Assembly (NCBI GenBank): GCA_021815445.1
Contig: JAKAGM010000002.1
Span: forward strand, 159,511 to 223,510
Direction of reading: 5' to 3'
Length of the DNA: 64,000 nucleotides
Source: a bacterium
GTDB taxonomy: Bacteria; Patescibacteriota; Patescibacteriia; UBA10025
The notes under the pieces were generated by a model. The model searched no databases. It was not told the DNA's origin and saw only the letters and a program-made list of their open reading frames with translations. Position numbers and translations under genes: made by a program. This document shows, piece by piece, positions 30,431-39,645 of this stretch (position 1 is the stretch's first letter; every line of letters starts with the position of its first letter).

Positions 30431-31483
30431 ATGTCGTTTTCAATAGGCATCGTAGGTCTGCCCAATGTCGGCAAGTCAACGCTCTTTAATGCGCTGACCA
30501 AGCTGCAGGTAGACGCATCCAATTTCCCTTTTTGCACCATTGATCCCAATGTCGGCACTGTTGCCGTGCCCGACGAACGGCTATGGCAGCTATCGAAGTT
30601 ATACTCGTCAGCCAAGACCCTGCCGACGACAATCGAGTTCGTGGACATTGCCGGCTTGGTCAAGAACGCCCACAAAGGCGAAGGACTCGGCAATGCTTTC
30701 CTATCGCACATCAGGTCGGTGAACGCCATTTGCCAGGTCCTCAGAGGGTTCTCAGACCCGAACGTCGTTCATGTGGATGGACGGGTGAATCCAGAGGAAG
30801 ACAGGCGGACTATTAACATCGAACTTATCTTTGCCGATCTCGCCACAATTGAGCGTCGCATCGCCGAGACCGGGCCGAAGGCGCGAAGCGGCGATAAAGA
30901 GAGCATACTCAAGCTCAAAACGTACGAGAAGGTCAAGCATTCGCTGGATGCAGGCACGCTCATTTCCCAGGTTCCGCTTACCCCGGAGGAAAAGCGTGAT
31001 ATAGCGGATTTGCATCTGCTGAGCGCCAAACCCATGCTGTATGTGCTGAACGTCGATGAAAATAGCGCGGCAAAGGACAACCCGGGGTATCTCACCATCA
31101 GCGCGAAGATAGAATCAGAGCTTTCGCAAATGCCCGAGGCTGACGCCCACGAATACCTGAAAAGTCTGGGACTAGAGAAGACCGGTCTTGAACGTTTAAT
31201 TGTCGCCTCATACGCGCTTCTCGACCTTATCACGTTCTTTACCGCAGGCCCGAAGGAAACACGGGCATGGACGGTGAAGCGTGGAGCGACAGCGCCCGAG
31301 GGTGGAGCTGAGATTCATTCTGATTTCCAGACAAAATTTATCCGCGCCGAAGTCACCAACTGGAAAGACCTGATTGAATGCGGCGGTGAAGCGGGGGCAA
31401 AGTCTCAGGGTAAGACCAGAATCGAAGGCAAGGAATACGTTGTCCAAGACGGAGACACGTTCTACTTTCGCATCGGTGGATAG
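30431..31483 (+). CDS. ychF: Ribosome-binding ATPase YchF
   Basis: GLPNVGKSTLFNALT, NFPFCTIDPN, DIAGLV, EGLGN.FL, TFFTAG. Confidence 0.98.
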   Translation: MSFSIGIVGLPNVGKSTLFNALTKLQVDASNFPFCTIDPNVGTVAVPDERLWQLSKLYSSAKTLPTTIEFVDIAGLVKNAHKGEGLGNAFLSHIRSVNAICQVLRGFSDPNVVHVDGRVNPEEDRRTINIELIFADLATIERRIAETGPKARSGDKESILKLKTYEKVKHSLDAGTLISQVPLTPEEKRDIADLHLLSAKPMLYVLNVDENSAAKDNPGYLTISAKIESELSQMPEADAHEYLKSLGLEKTGLERLIVASYALLDLITFFTAGPKETRAWTVKRGATAPEGGAEIHSDFQTKFIRAEVTNWKDLIECGGEAGAKSQGKTRIEGKEYVVQDGDTFYFRIGG

Positions 31484-31500
31484 ACCCGCTTGACGCGATC

Positions 31501-31914
31501 TTGAGCTTTGGCCTCATAAGGTTATATACTTGAGATATCAACAGTGAGCAGGAGGATTTGCTCTTTACGAATATCACCTCATCTTTCGCGGGAGGAGGAA
31601 TTTTGACTAAGCACGATAAGGGCGATGACCCTCGTAATTGTCATCTACGCCTCCGGAAACGGCAGATTTACCTAAAGCTCAAGACGTTGCCCACAGTCGA
31701 GAGTGGGCAGAGGGGAGGAGTCTATGCATCTCAGATTGTTAATCTTCATTAACCCCGTCGTCTGTGAACCCCAAGCCCGCTGATTGGAGGTGATCCGATA
31801 TCTCTCTTTGAGGCGTGACCTCAAGGAGCACGCAGTACCCCGGGAAGGAGGCAAGTTTTCGTCATGATATTCGCGGTTCGCTGTGCTAGGGTCTCTGAGA
31901 CCCTAGCTTTTTTT
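31501..31914 (+). ncRNA. Putative structured small RNA or small-ORF transcript
   Basis: TTGAGC-18-TATACT promoter, several hairpins, six SD-like motifs, strong terminator at 31885-31914; no long ORF. Confidence 0.5.
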
Positions 31915-32001
31915 GCCATCGTAAAGCTCAATTGGTAAAATTCAAAGGTTAATAATAAAAAACCCTATCCTGCTAATGACGCAGAAGGGCTAGGAGCAAA
32001 T

Positions 32002-32340
32002 TTAGGCAATCATGCGTTTTGGTCTGCATACTCTGACCCGAGGTTGGACCGGGGCCTTTTTGGGTTTTGGAGGGCGCTGCTCGGCAAACCGGAAAGTCAT
32101 AGTGTTGTCAGTTTGTATCTTCCTGGCAACCCTCAGTCCAGCTGCCGCCGCGATGAGAGGGCCGATCTGATGACAGTATGATACGTTACACGCGGGCCAA
32201 AAGTGATCCCCGTTCTCGCCATCGATAAGCAGTACCCTGTGCCCACGCCGCACTTTGACGTCGGGCGAGATGTGGGTAAAGGTAATGGAATCACCCGGTT
32301 GTAGTTTTGTGCGCTTGCCTGATTTTTCAGTCAGGATCAT
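32002..32340 (-). CDS. Orphan hypothetical protein
   Basis: SD GGGAGG, promoter TTGACA-17-TAAGTT (32422-32394), terminator near 31955-31990. Confidence 0.7.
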   Translation of the reverse strand: MILTEKSGKRTKLQPGDSITFTHISPDVKVRRGHRVLLIDGENGDHFWPACNVSYCHQIGPLIAAAAGLRVARKIQTDNTMTFRFAEQRPPKPKKAPVQPRVRVCRPKRMIA

Positions 32341-32448
32341 TTTTTTCCTCCCGTGAGCTGGTGCGTTTTTGGTTGAGAAAGTGAATTTTCATCAACTTAA
32401 CACCGGGGGCGTTCGTTGTCAAATCCTCAAAAGCACACTCTCCCTTCT

Positions 32449-32517
32449 GTCATTGTGATCTCGGGATGACGCTAAGCGTCAGATTGCCACCTCCCGAGTC
32501 GTGGGACTTGCGATGAC
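32449..32517. repeat. GTCATT...GATGAC-type palindromic repeat (degenerate)
   Basis: GTCATTGTGATCTCGGGA...AGATTGCCAC-CTCCCGAG...TTGCGATGAC. Confidence 0.55.
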
Positions 32518-32523
32518 AAATTA

Positions 32524-33741
32524 TTAAATAGTATGCCGCAAAATTATTATTTCTCTGCCAACCAGCTGGTCAGGCCGTGCATACAGGAGTCCGCGGTCTG
32601 TGTTGCCGGGCTGCAAGAGTTTCATGTCGCTGATAGGAAGCGGAGCGGTATGTTCAAAACGCTTTGGCAATACGAAATCCCGGAGTGGGAGGAGGGCAAG
32701 CGCGGTTTTTGTTTGGAAAAAAGGTACGCCCATAACCACAGTACCGCCGGGTTTTAGCAATTCAGCAAGTGAAGAGAGGGATGCCCGGTACAATTCTGTG
32801 AGCTCTTCGATTATAGAAACCAGCTTTGCCTTGTCGGGCATTCTTCTTAAGGGCGGTCCCAGGTACGTTTCCGCGACGATTGCATCCACAGTGTTTTTCT
32901 TGAGCTCACTCGACAGATTGCGAACGTCTTTCTGAAATACCCGAGTAGTATTTATTATGTGAGCGTTTCTTGCAAACCACTCGAGGTTGCGCCGAGTATC
33001 CTCTATAGCTTTTCCGCTGATGTCCGAGCCGATGACGTTCATGTATCCCATGCGCAGGGCTTCCTGGAGGATTGTTCCTGACCCGCAGAACGGATCAAGG
33101 AGAGTTGCCGTTGGCGCGCTTCCGGAGAGATTAATCATCATCTGCGCGAGCTTGGGCGGGAGCGTGCCGCTTTTCGTGTCGCGCACCGGCCTGCCATAGT
33201 CCCGTTCGCTGTACGACTCGAAGTCTTGGACCGTCGCCGTTTTGCCCACGTAAAGTTTGTCGCCGTCTGCGAGCACGACTATTTCAGCCCCTCGCTGGAT
33301 GAGATTGTTTTTTACCACGGCTGCGTTGACGAGGGTTCCAGACTGGTCAAAGAGGAACCGCGATGGATATTCGGACTCAGCAAGTTTCTTTTTTATCTCG
33401 AATCCAAGCCGTCGAAGCTTGGTAAGCAAAGCCGCTTGTACGCGTCCGTAAACACTGACACCAAAAATTATTTTATCCTCGTTCTGCGTAAAATATGCCG
33501 ACAAAAGTCTGTCGATGTCGAATACTTTTTTAATCCCTTCAGTAGTGGTTGTTTCAATTATTTCGACTATTTTCACGGTTCCCCCCAGCCTGAATTGCAG
33601 GGCAACGGTGTCCAGCGCTGAAGCGTTCTCGACAATTAAAAAATGTTTAGTAACACTTACTGTCTTTCCAACCCTAACGGCGCGCAATTCAGCAAGCGAA
33701 AGCGCGGGGTGGGATCCGGGGATAAAAGCGTAGAGAGACAT
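32524..33741 (-). CDS. Trm11/THUMP-type RNA methyltransferase
   Basis: RDYGRP.RD..SG.LPPKLAQMMINL, LLDPFCGSGTILQEA, GSDIS; start MSLYAFIPG, 6 nt after TATACT. Confidence 0.8.
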   Translation of the reverse strand: MSLYAFIPGSHPALSLAELRAVRVGKTVSVTKHFLIVENASALDTVALQFRLGGTVKIVEIIETTTTEGIKKVFDIDRLLSAYFTQNEDKIIFGVSVYGRVQAALLTKLRRLGFEIKKKLAESEYPSRFLFDQSGTLVNAAVVKNNLIQRGAEIVVLADGDKLYVGKTATVQDFESYSERDYGRPVRDTKSGTLPPKLAQMMINLSGSAPTATLLDPFCGSGTILQEALRMGYMNVIGSDISGKAIEDTRRNLEWFARNAHIINTTRVFQKDVRNLSSELKKNTVDAIVAETYLGPPLRRMPDKAKLVSIIEELTELYRASLSSLAELLKPGGTVVMGVPFFQTKTALALLPLRDFVLPKRFEHTAPLPISDMKLLQPGNTDRGLLYARPDQLVGREIIILRHTI

Positions 33742-33936
33742 GAGGATAGTATACAAGCTCGTAGCCGAAGGTTCCATGGTTATGAAAAATTTTCGCCCGC
33801 CTCTTATTACCTCCTTCAATCCCTCTCTTGCCAACTCCCAAAACCTGTGGTAGGTTAAAAGCCGATAAAGGAGTCCACCAGACTCATCAGGACAGTCTCT
33901 TTTTTTATCTTTTTTACCTACATTTAGCCAAAAAAC

Positions 33937-34440
33937 ATGCAGCATTACGAGATGCTTTTCATCCTGCCGGCACGCAAATCCCAGGAAGAGCTTGAACAGA
34001 GTATTCAGAGCATTTTTCAAATTGTTGAAAAAGCCGGCGGCAAAGTTACTAAAAAAGAGGTATTTGCCAAACAACGGCTGAGCTACCCTATCAAGAAAGA
34101 ACAGCAGGGCGTCTATATCCTGAGCGAATTTGACATGGAACAGGCGAAACTTTCCGGTGTCGACCACGACCTCAGGCTTTTACCCGACTTGCTCAGGCAC
34201 CAGATAGTGAAATTGCAGGTCAAGAGTCCCGAGCGGCTCGAAGAAGAGCGCCAGCTCAAAGAACGGATAGCATCTCGGCGAGTAGCCCAGACTGAAAAAG
34301 CGCGGCAGGAAGAAGTGGCGAAAGAAACGCAAGAAGCCCTCGAAACGCAGAAAAAGGACGAGAAAAAGACGGAAAAAGTCGATATCGAGGAGCTTGATAA
34401 GAAGCTCGAAGAAATCCTCGACGATCCGCTGCTTAAATAA
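33937..34440 (+). CDS. rpsF: 30S ribosomal protein S6 with charged C-terminal extension
   Basis: YEMLFIL, RLSYPIKK, LLRHQIV; upstream of ssb-rpsR. Confidence 0.93.
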   Translation: MQHYEMLFILPARKSQEELEQSIQSIFQIVEKAGGKVTKKEVFAKQRLSYPIKKEQQGVYILSEFDMEQAKLSGVDHDLRLLPDLLRHQIVKLQVKSPERLEEERQLKERIASRRVAQTEKARQEEVAKETQEALETQKKDEKKTEKVDIEELDKKLEEILDDPLLK

Positions 34441-34449
34441 ACACTTCCT

Positions 34450-34878
34450 ATGGCAATGGATTTAAATAAAGTCATGGTCATCGGCAATGTGACGCGGGAC
34501 CCCGAGGTAAGAACTACTCCGTCGGGAGTGAGCGTCGCCTCATTCGGCGTTGCGACAAACTTCTCATGGAAAGACGCACAGGGCGCCCAGCAGAAACGCG
34601 CCGAGTTCCACAACATCGTCGCATGGCGCAAGCTTGCTGAGATCATCGGCCAATATGTCAAAAAGGGGAGCCGCATTTACATCGAGGGCAGGCTCCAGAC
34701 CCGCAGCTGGGACGATCAAAGCGGGACGAAGCGCTATCGCACCGAGATTGTGGCTGACAACATGATCATGCTCGACAAGCGCAGCGGTGCGGCCGAACCG
34801 GCCCCGGAAGCTTCGGCAGCCCCGGAGGCGCAAGCCCCGGCAGAGCCCGAGATTAACGTCGAGGATATACCTTTTTAA
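34450..34878 (+). CDS. ssb: Single-stranded DNA-binding protein
   Basis: [26 protein letters not shown]-terminal EDIPF. Confidence 0.98.
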   Translation: MAMDLNKVMVIGNVTRDPEVRTTPSGVSVASFGVATNFSWKDAQGAQQKRAEFHNIVAWRKLAEIIGQYVKKGSRIYIEGRLQTRSWDDQSGTKRYRTEIVADNMIMLDKRSGAAEPAPEASAAPEAQAPAEPEINVEDIPF

Positions 34879-34882
34879 ACCT

Positions 34883-35122
34883 ATGAACAACCGCCAGCAA
34901 AGACAAGCCCCGCCACTCCTGCCGAAAGTTTGTTATTTTTGCATCAACGCTTTTTCTGATATTGATTACAAAGATGCCCGGCTTCTGAGGAAATTTCTGT
35001 CGTCCTACGGCAAGATTCTCCCGCGTAAAAAGACCGGCACCTGCGCGAAGCACCAGCGTAAACTCGCTACGGCAGTCAAGCGAGCCCGCATGATGGCACT
35101 TGTCCCGTTTACCACCCGGTAG
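34883..35122 (+). CDS. rpsR: 30S ribosomal protein S18
   Basis: CYFC, IDYKD..LL.KF....GKILPR..TG.CAKHQR. Confidence 0.96.
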   Translation: MNNRQQRQAPPLLPKVCYFCINAFSDIDYKDARLLRKFLSSYGKILPRKKTGTCAKHQRKLATAVKRARMMALVPFTTR

Positions 35123-35197
35123 CGCAGTCTCACATTTTTTGGTGTGTACCCGCCCCCGCATCACCTGCGGAGTATCATTTAACACTTAATTTGTTCT

Positions 35198-35758
35198 ATG
35201 GCCTCTATCAGCGAAATACGCATGGGATTTTACATGGTTCACCAGGGTGAGCCCTATGTTGTCGTAAAAACAGACTTCATCAAGATGGCGCAGAGCAAAG
35301 GAATCATGCGTACCACAATCCGCAATCTTATCAACGGCAATGTCCTGAAGATGACCTATAAAGGCGCTGATAGTGTTGAGGAAGCCGACATTTCGCGCGG
35401 CAAGGCAAATTACCTCTACCAGGAAGGAAACAATTTTTATTTTATGAACTCCGAGACGTATGACCAGTTCTTCGTCTCAGGAGAGTCGCTGGCTGAGAAA
35501 AAGAATTTTCTCGTCGAAAACCTCGAAGTGGACGTACTGCTGTTTAACGGCAATCCCGTCAACATTGAGCTTCCAAAGAAAGTAGTCCTCGAAGTCAAAG
35601 AAACCGAGCCCGCTGTCCGGGGTGATACGGCGCAGGGCGGGGTGATGAAATCGGCAAAGTTAGAAAACGGCAGTGAGATTCAAGTCCCGCTGTTTGTGAA
35701 AACCGGAGAAAAAATCAGGATTAACACTGATACCGGCCAGTACGTAGAGCGGGCGTAA
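35198..35758 (+). CDS. efp: Elongation factor P
   Basis: YLY.EG..FYFMN.ETYDQ, TEPAVRGDTA, K.AKLENG..IQVPLFV, INTDTG.YVER. Confidence 0.95.
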   Translation: MASISEIRMGFYMVHQGEPYVVVKTDFIKMAQSKGIMRTTIRNLINGNVLKMTYKGADSVEEADISRGKANYLYQEGNNFYFMNSETYDQFFVSGESLAEKKNFLVENLEVDVLLFNGNPVNIELPKKVVLEVKETEPAVRGDTAQGGVMKSAKLENGSEIQVPLFVKTGEKIRINTDTGQYVERA

Positions 35759-35804
35759 AACAACTATTCAAAGAGTATAAAGAATCTGGGCGCCCCTCCG
35801 GGAG

Positions 35805-35916
35805 CTCCACTTTTCTTTGCCTGTCCAAAGAAAAGTGGAGAGAAAAGAAAAGACATCGCGGCGCAAACTCACCCCACACCATCTGATGGTGTGGGGTTCA
35901 AACATGCGCCGCGCGA
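35805..35916. repeat. Two-hairpin palindromic (MITE-like) element
   Basis: 15-bp perfect stem CTCCACTTTTCTTTG/CAAAGAAAAGTGGAG, then a nested stem CGCGGCGCA..ACCCCACACCATC/GATGGTGTGGGGT..TGCGCCGCG. Confidence 0.6.
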
Positions 35917-36074
35917 GCGACGGGGGAACGAAGAATGCCGCAGCAACATCGCATATCCCTATATTCATTAAATCCTTCATCGCCCGCCTCTCGAGATGCG
36001 ACTAAAATACCCCGTAGACTAGCTTGGGGAGATGATGGCGCCAAGGTAAGGATACCTTGACAACACAGACTGTA

Positions 36075-37061
36075 TTATAGTAGCCCTACTTTTTCTTTCA
36101 CCTCGCGGAGATTTTTCTCAGCGATTTTTTTTGCCCGCGCGCTTCCTTCCCTGAGAATTTTCCACACAGCGTCGGGCTTCTTTGCCAGCTGAATCCGCTT
36201 AGCGCGGAATGATTCAAAGTATGCGGCGATGTCAGTCGCGAGCTGTTGCTTCAAATCGGCATAACTTATCACTTTGTCCCGGTACGCTTTCTCGAATCCA
36301 CCGATGACGGCGTCTTTTGAAAAGATGTCGAGCAGCTCAAAGAGGTTCGCGACGCCGGGACTTTTGGACGCGGAAGCATTTTTGCCACTGTCGGTTGGTG
36401 CCGAAGCGAGTTTTTTAGCAATTATCTCTGGAGAGTCTGAGAGTGCGATGTAGTTTTTTTCTCCGAGAGACTTCTCCATTTTTCTCTCCGGATAGGTGAG
36501 ACTCATAATGCGCGCGCCGGCATGATTCACCTTGTGCATGGGTTCAGGGAACGTCTCGCCATATTTGTTATTGAATGCCCGTGCAATCTCTCGCGCCAGC
36601 TCTATGTGCGGCAGCTGGTCCTCGCCGACAGGGACTATGACAGCTTTGTACAGAAGGATGTCGGCCGCCATAAGCGCAGGATAGTTCAACAGTCCCATAT
36701 TGAGATTGTCGGCAAACTGCTTTGATTTGTCCTTGAATGTCGGTACGCGTTCAAGCCAGGAAATCGGGGTAATAGTGTCCAAAATCCACGCCAACTCAGC
36801 GTGTTCGGGGACGAGCGACTGGAGCATGAGTATGGATTTATCCATATCGATGCCCGCGGCCAAATAATCAAGCGCAGCTTCAAACACCGCTTTTTTGAGA
36901 TCGGCCGGTTTGGGGCCCTGGGTGAGCGCATGAAGGTCGTAGATGCCGAAAATACAGTTGTACGAATCCTGAAGCTCAAGCCACGACTTCACAGCCCCGA
37001 AATAGTTGCCTATATGGAGTCTGCCTGACGGCTTAATGCCTGAGACGAGGGTGCGTTTCAT
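36075..37061 (-). CDS. trpS: Tryptophanyl-tRNA synthetase
   Basis: SGIKPSGRLHIGNY, YPALMAADIL, VPVGEDQ.PH, KMEKS (KMSKS variant). Confidence 0.97.
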   Translation of the reverse strand: MKRTLVSGIKPSGRLHIGNYFGAVKSWLELQDSYNCIFGIYDLHALTQGPKPADLKKAVFEAALDYLAAGIDMDKSILMLQSLVPEHAELAWILDTITPISWLERVPTFKDKSKQFADNLNMGLLNYPALMAADILLYKAVIVPVGEDQLPHIELAREIARAFNNKYGETFPEPMHKVNHAGARIMSLTYPERKMEKSLGEKNYIALSDSPEIIAKKLASAPTDSGKNASASKSPGVANLFELLDIFSKDAVIGGFEKAYRDKVISYADLKQQLATDIAAYFESFRAKRIQLAKKPDAVWKILREGSARAKKIAEKNLREVKEKVGLL

Positions 37062-37081
37062 ACGTCTCTAGTGTAGCGTAT

Positions 37082-38839
37082 CTAGACGTCTATCACCACT
37101 GGTAGTATCATCGGGCGCCGGTTCGTTTTGCTAAAGAGAAATTGCCCTACGGCGTCCCGTACCTTGTTCCCGATGTAATTATCGTTTGCCTGGGATCGCG
37201 GATCGGCGTCTTTGAGCAGTAATTTCACCTTTTTCTTCGTGTCGTCAATCAGCTTTTTGCTCGTCTTCATATGCACGAAACCGCGCGAAATGATGTCGGG
37301 GTCGCCCACGATATCGCCGGTCTTCCTGTCCACGGTCACAATGATGACCACCATGCCGTCGCCGGCGAGCGTCTGTCTGTCCCTGAGGACGACATGCGAA
37401 ATGTCCCCTATGCCGAGTCCGTCTACGAAGACGTAATCGGTGGGAACTTTCATCGGCTGCAGACGAGGACTGCCTTTTACGAATTCAAGGATTGACCCGT
37501 TATCAAGCACGAAAATGTTCTGTTTCGCGAACCCTTCCTTCACCGCCAGTTTCTCCGCTTCTTTCAGGAAGTAGTGGTTCGCATAGACCGGCAGGAAGTA
37601 GTCCGGTCTGATTTGTTTCAAAACGGCCACCATGTCATCGGCGGTGCTGTGGCCGCTCGAATGGATGTCCATGATGTCGCTGTGGATGACGTTGTCGCTT
37701 AAGCGGTACATGTTGTCCTTGAGTCTTTGGATGGTGCGCTCGTTTCCGGGGATGACCGAGGATGAGAAGATGATCGTGTCGGATTTCGTGATATGGACAA
37801 ACCTGTGGTTGCCGTTAATGATGCGAGAAAGGACCGCGTTGCTTTCGCCCTGTGCGCCGGTGCAAATGACGATGAGCTGCCGGTCGGGGTAGTCGCGAAT
37901 GCGTTCGATCCCGATCAGGGCGTCTTTTTTCATTTTGATGTATCCGAGTTTCTTTGCCGTCTCGACATTCAATTTCATGCTGTATCCGTCGAGGGCGACT
38001 TTTTTTCCTATTGATTGCGCGTACTCCAGCACATGCTTGATGCGCTCAATTTGGGAGGAAAATGTCCCTATGATCACGCGACCGGGTGCAGCGTTGATAA
38101 TATGCTCAAGATTGCGGTACATAGTCCGTTCAGGCACACGCTCATGCACGCTCGTTGAGCCTAAGCTCTCGAGCATGAGGATTGTAGGTCGCGGAAGGCG
38201 GGCTAAGTGCGAATATTCAACGTTCCGTCTTCCCACAGGGTCTTTCTCAAAAGTCCAATCTCCCGGGTGAATAACGGTTCCGTGAGGAGTGGAAATAACC
38301 ACTCCGACAGCATCCATAATCGAGTGGTCAACGGGGAAAAAACTTACGCTGAATTTGCCGAACTTAAACCGTTCGTTCACGTTCTTGATGGTAATAGTCT
38401 TCAGCCGTTTCGCCGTACCTTTTTTAGAGTCTTCCTGCCTGTTTTTAATCAAAGCCAGGGTGAGCGGTCGGCCGATGATGAGAGGATTTCCGAGTTTTTC
38501 CAACAAGATAGGCGCGGCGCCTATGTGGTCGAGATGCCCGTGGCTAAAGATTACAGCGCGGATATTCCGCTCTTTTCCGCGCAGGTACTCGATGTTCGGG
38601 ATAATATAGTCAATGCCGAGCATGTCTTCCTCGGGGAATTGGACGCCCATGTCGAGGAGCAGGATGTCGGTGCCGTATTCAAAGACCGTCATGTTACGGC
38701 CGACTTCTTCCTGCCCGCCAAGCGGGATGATGCGCAAGCTGTCCGTTATCGGAACTTGAGTTACCTGCTGTTTCGCAGGCATCGGGCCGTGCGCGCTAAT
38801 CTGTTTTGGGTGGAATTTTTTTTGAAATGTTTTTTTCAC
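37082..38839 (-). CDS. rnj: Ribonuclease J
   Basis: IIPLGG.EEVGRNM, SHGHLDHIG, TGAQGE, IPGNE, HSSGH, RRPMILPV. Confidence 0.96.
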   Translation of the reverse strand: MKKTFQKKFHPKQISAHGPMPAKQQVTQVPITDSLRIIPLGGQEEVGRNMTVFEYGTDILLLDMGVQFPEEDMLGIDYIIPNIEYLRGKERNIRAVIFSHGHLDHIGAAPILLEKLGNPLIIGRPLTLALIKNRQEDSKKGTAKRLKTITIKNVNERFKFGKFSVSFFPVDHSIMDAVGVVISTPHGTVIHPGDWTFEKDPVGRRNVEYSHLARLPRPTILMLESLGSTSVHERVPERTMYRNLEHIINAAPGRVIIGTFSSQIERIKHVLEYAQSIGKKVALDGYSMKLNVETAKKLGYIKMKKDALIGIERIRDYPDRQLIVICTGAQGESNAVLSRIINGNHRFVHITKSDTIIFSSSVIPGNERTIQRLKDNMYRLSDNVIHSDIMDIHSSGHSTADDMVAVLKQIRPDYFLPVYANHYFLKEAEKLAVKEGFAKQNIFVLDNGSILEFVKGSPRLQPMKVPTDYVFVDGLGIGDISHVVLRDRQTLAGDGMVVIIVTVDRKTGDIVGDPDIISRGFVHMKTSKKLIDDTKKKVKLLLKDADPRSQANDNYIGNKVRDAVGQFLFSKTNRRPMILPVVIDV

Positions 38840-38921
38840 AAAATTATGTTTATTATTTGATTATGATCTGTCACGCATACGTATTCGTGTAACGCGGTTT
38901 GCATGCGCCTGTCGGAAATTT

Positions 38922-39368
38922 TCATTTTTCCATTGGGATGTGTTTCGTCATTTTAAAATGGGGGAGATTCGTGTTTTTGCTTATATACTCCTTACCTACG
39001 GTTGTATATCCCATTTTTAGGTAGAAGGGCAACGCAGAGGTTCTGGCGTTCAGGGTGATATTTGAAAACTCATGCTTTTTTGCAATTTTTTCCGCGAAGG
39101 TCATTAATGCCCGGCCTATTCCCTTGCGTTGATGGTCTTCTGCAACCGCGACCTGCCGTATTTTTACCGTATCTCTGTCTATGGCAGTCATTACCAGCGT
39201 GCCGACCAGCTGATGTTCTTCAAAGCATCCGATATGAATATCATGTTCTTCTTTTACCAGGTCTTTTTTATCAAGACGTAATCCCAAGGGCTGGCGCAAT
39301 ATGAGATTTCTTAAAGCAACCGCCTCTTTGTATTCTTTGGAATTATATTTTATCTTCTGAACCGGCAT
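38922..39368 (-). CDS. GNAT-family N-acetyltransferase
   Basis: KIRQVAV....QRKGIGRALM, LNAR..A.PFY.KMGY. Confidence 0.9.
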   Translation of the reverse strand: MPVQKIKYNSKEYKEAVALRNLILRQPLGLRLDKKDLVKEEHDIHIGCFEEHQLVGTLVMTAIDRDTVKIRQVAVAEDHQRKGIGRALMTFAEKIAKKHEFSNITLNARTSALPFYLKMGYTTVGKEYISKNTNLPHFKMTKHIPMEK

Positions 39369-39450
39369 GTACTATAACGGACTATTTTGTCAGTCGGTAC
39401 TTACACAATGTTGCGTACAAGTGCGCCAGTTCTTGGGGAAAGGCCGACAA

Positions 39451-39534
39451 TGCCCTGGGGGAGATTTGAACTCCCACGACCTTGCGGTCATAGCGCTCTG
39501 AACGCTACGTGTATGCCAATTTCACCACCAGGGC
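39451..39534 (-). tRNA. tRNA-Leu(CAG)
   Basis: GCCCTGG acceptor stem, anticodon arm TAGCG-TTCAGAG-CGCTA, long variable arm GACC-GCAA-GGTC, GTTCAAATC T loop; CCA not encoded. Confidence 0.95.
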
Positions 39535-39645
39535 TTAAACTTGGTAAACTCAATTCCGTTCTGACGGGATCCTCGTCCATCTGTGGCGGACGGGACAGTT
39601 GAGTTTACTCGCGGCCTCGACCCGCCAGGACGTACGACGGAGAAA

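Noticed and set aside
31501-31914. tmRNA, RNase P, SRP or 16S fragment
   Set aside because: No tRNA-like ends, no GAGGAAAGUCC motif and no SRP helix-8 motif; the 16S match is only the 11-nt complement.
33742-34167. 141-aa N-terminal extension of the Trm11-like ORF
   Set aside because: It is antisense to rpsF and its promoter region; a -10 box 6 nt before ATG 33741 supports the shorter start.
39451-39534. tRNA-anchored genomic island
   Set aside because: No integrase, no duplicated tRNA 3' end seen, and the flanks are ordinary genes.
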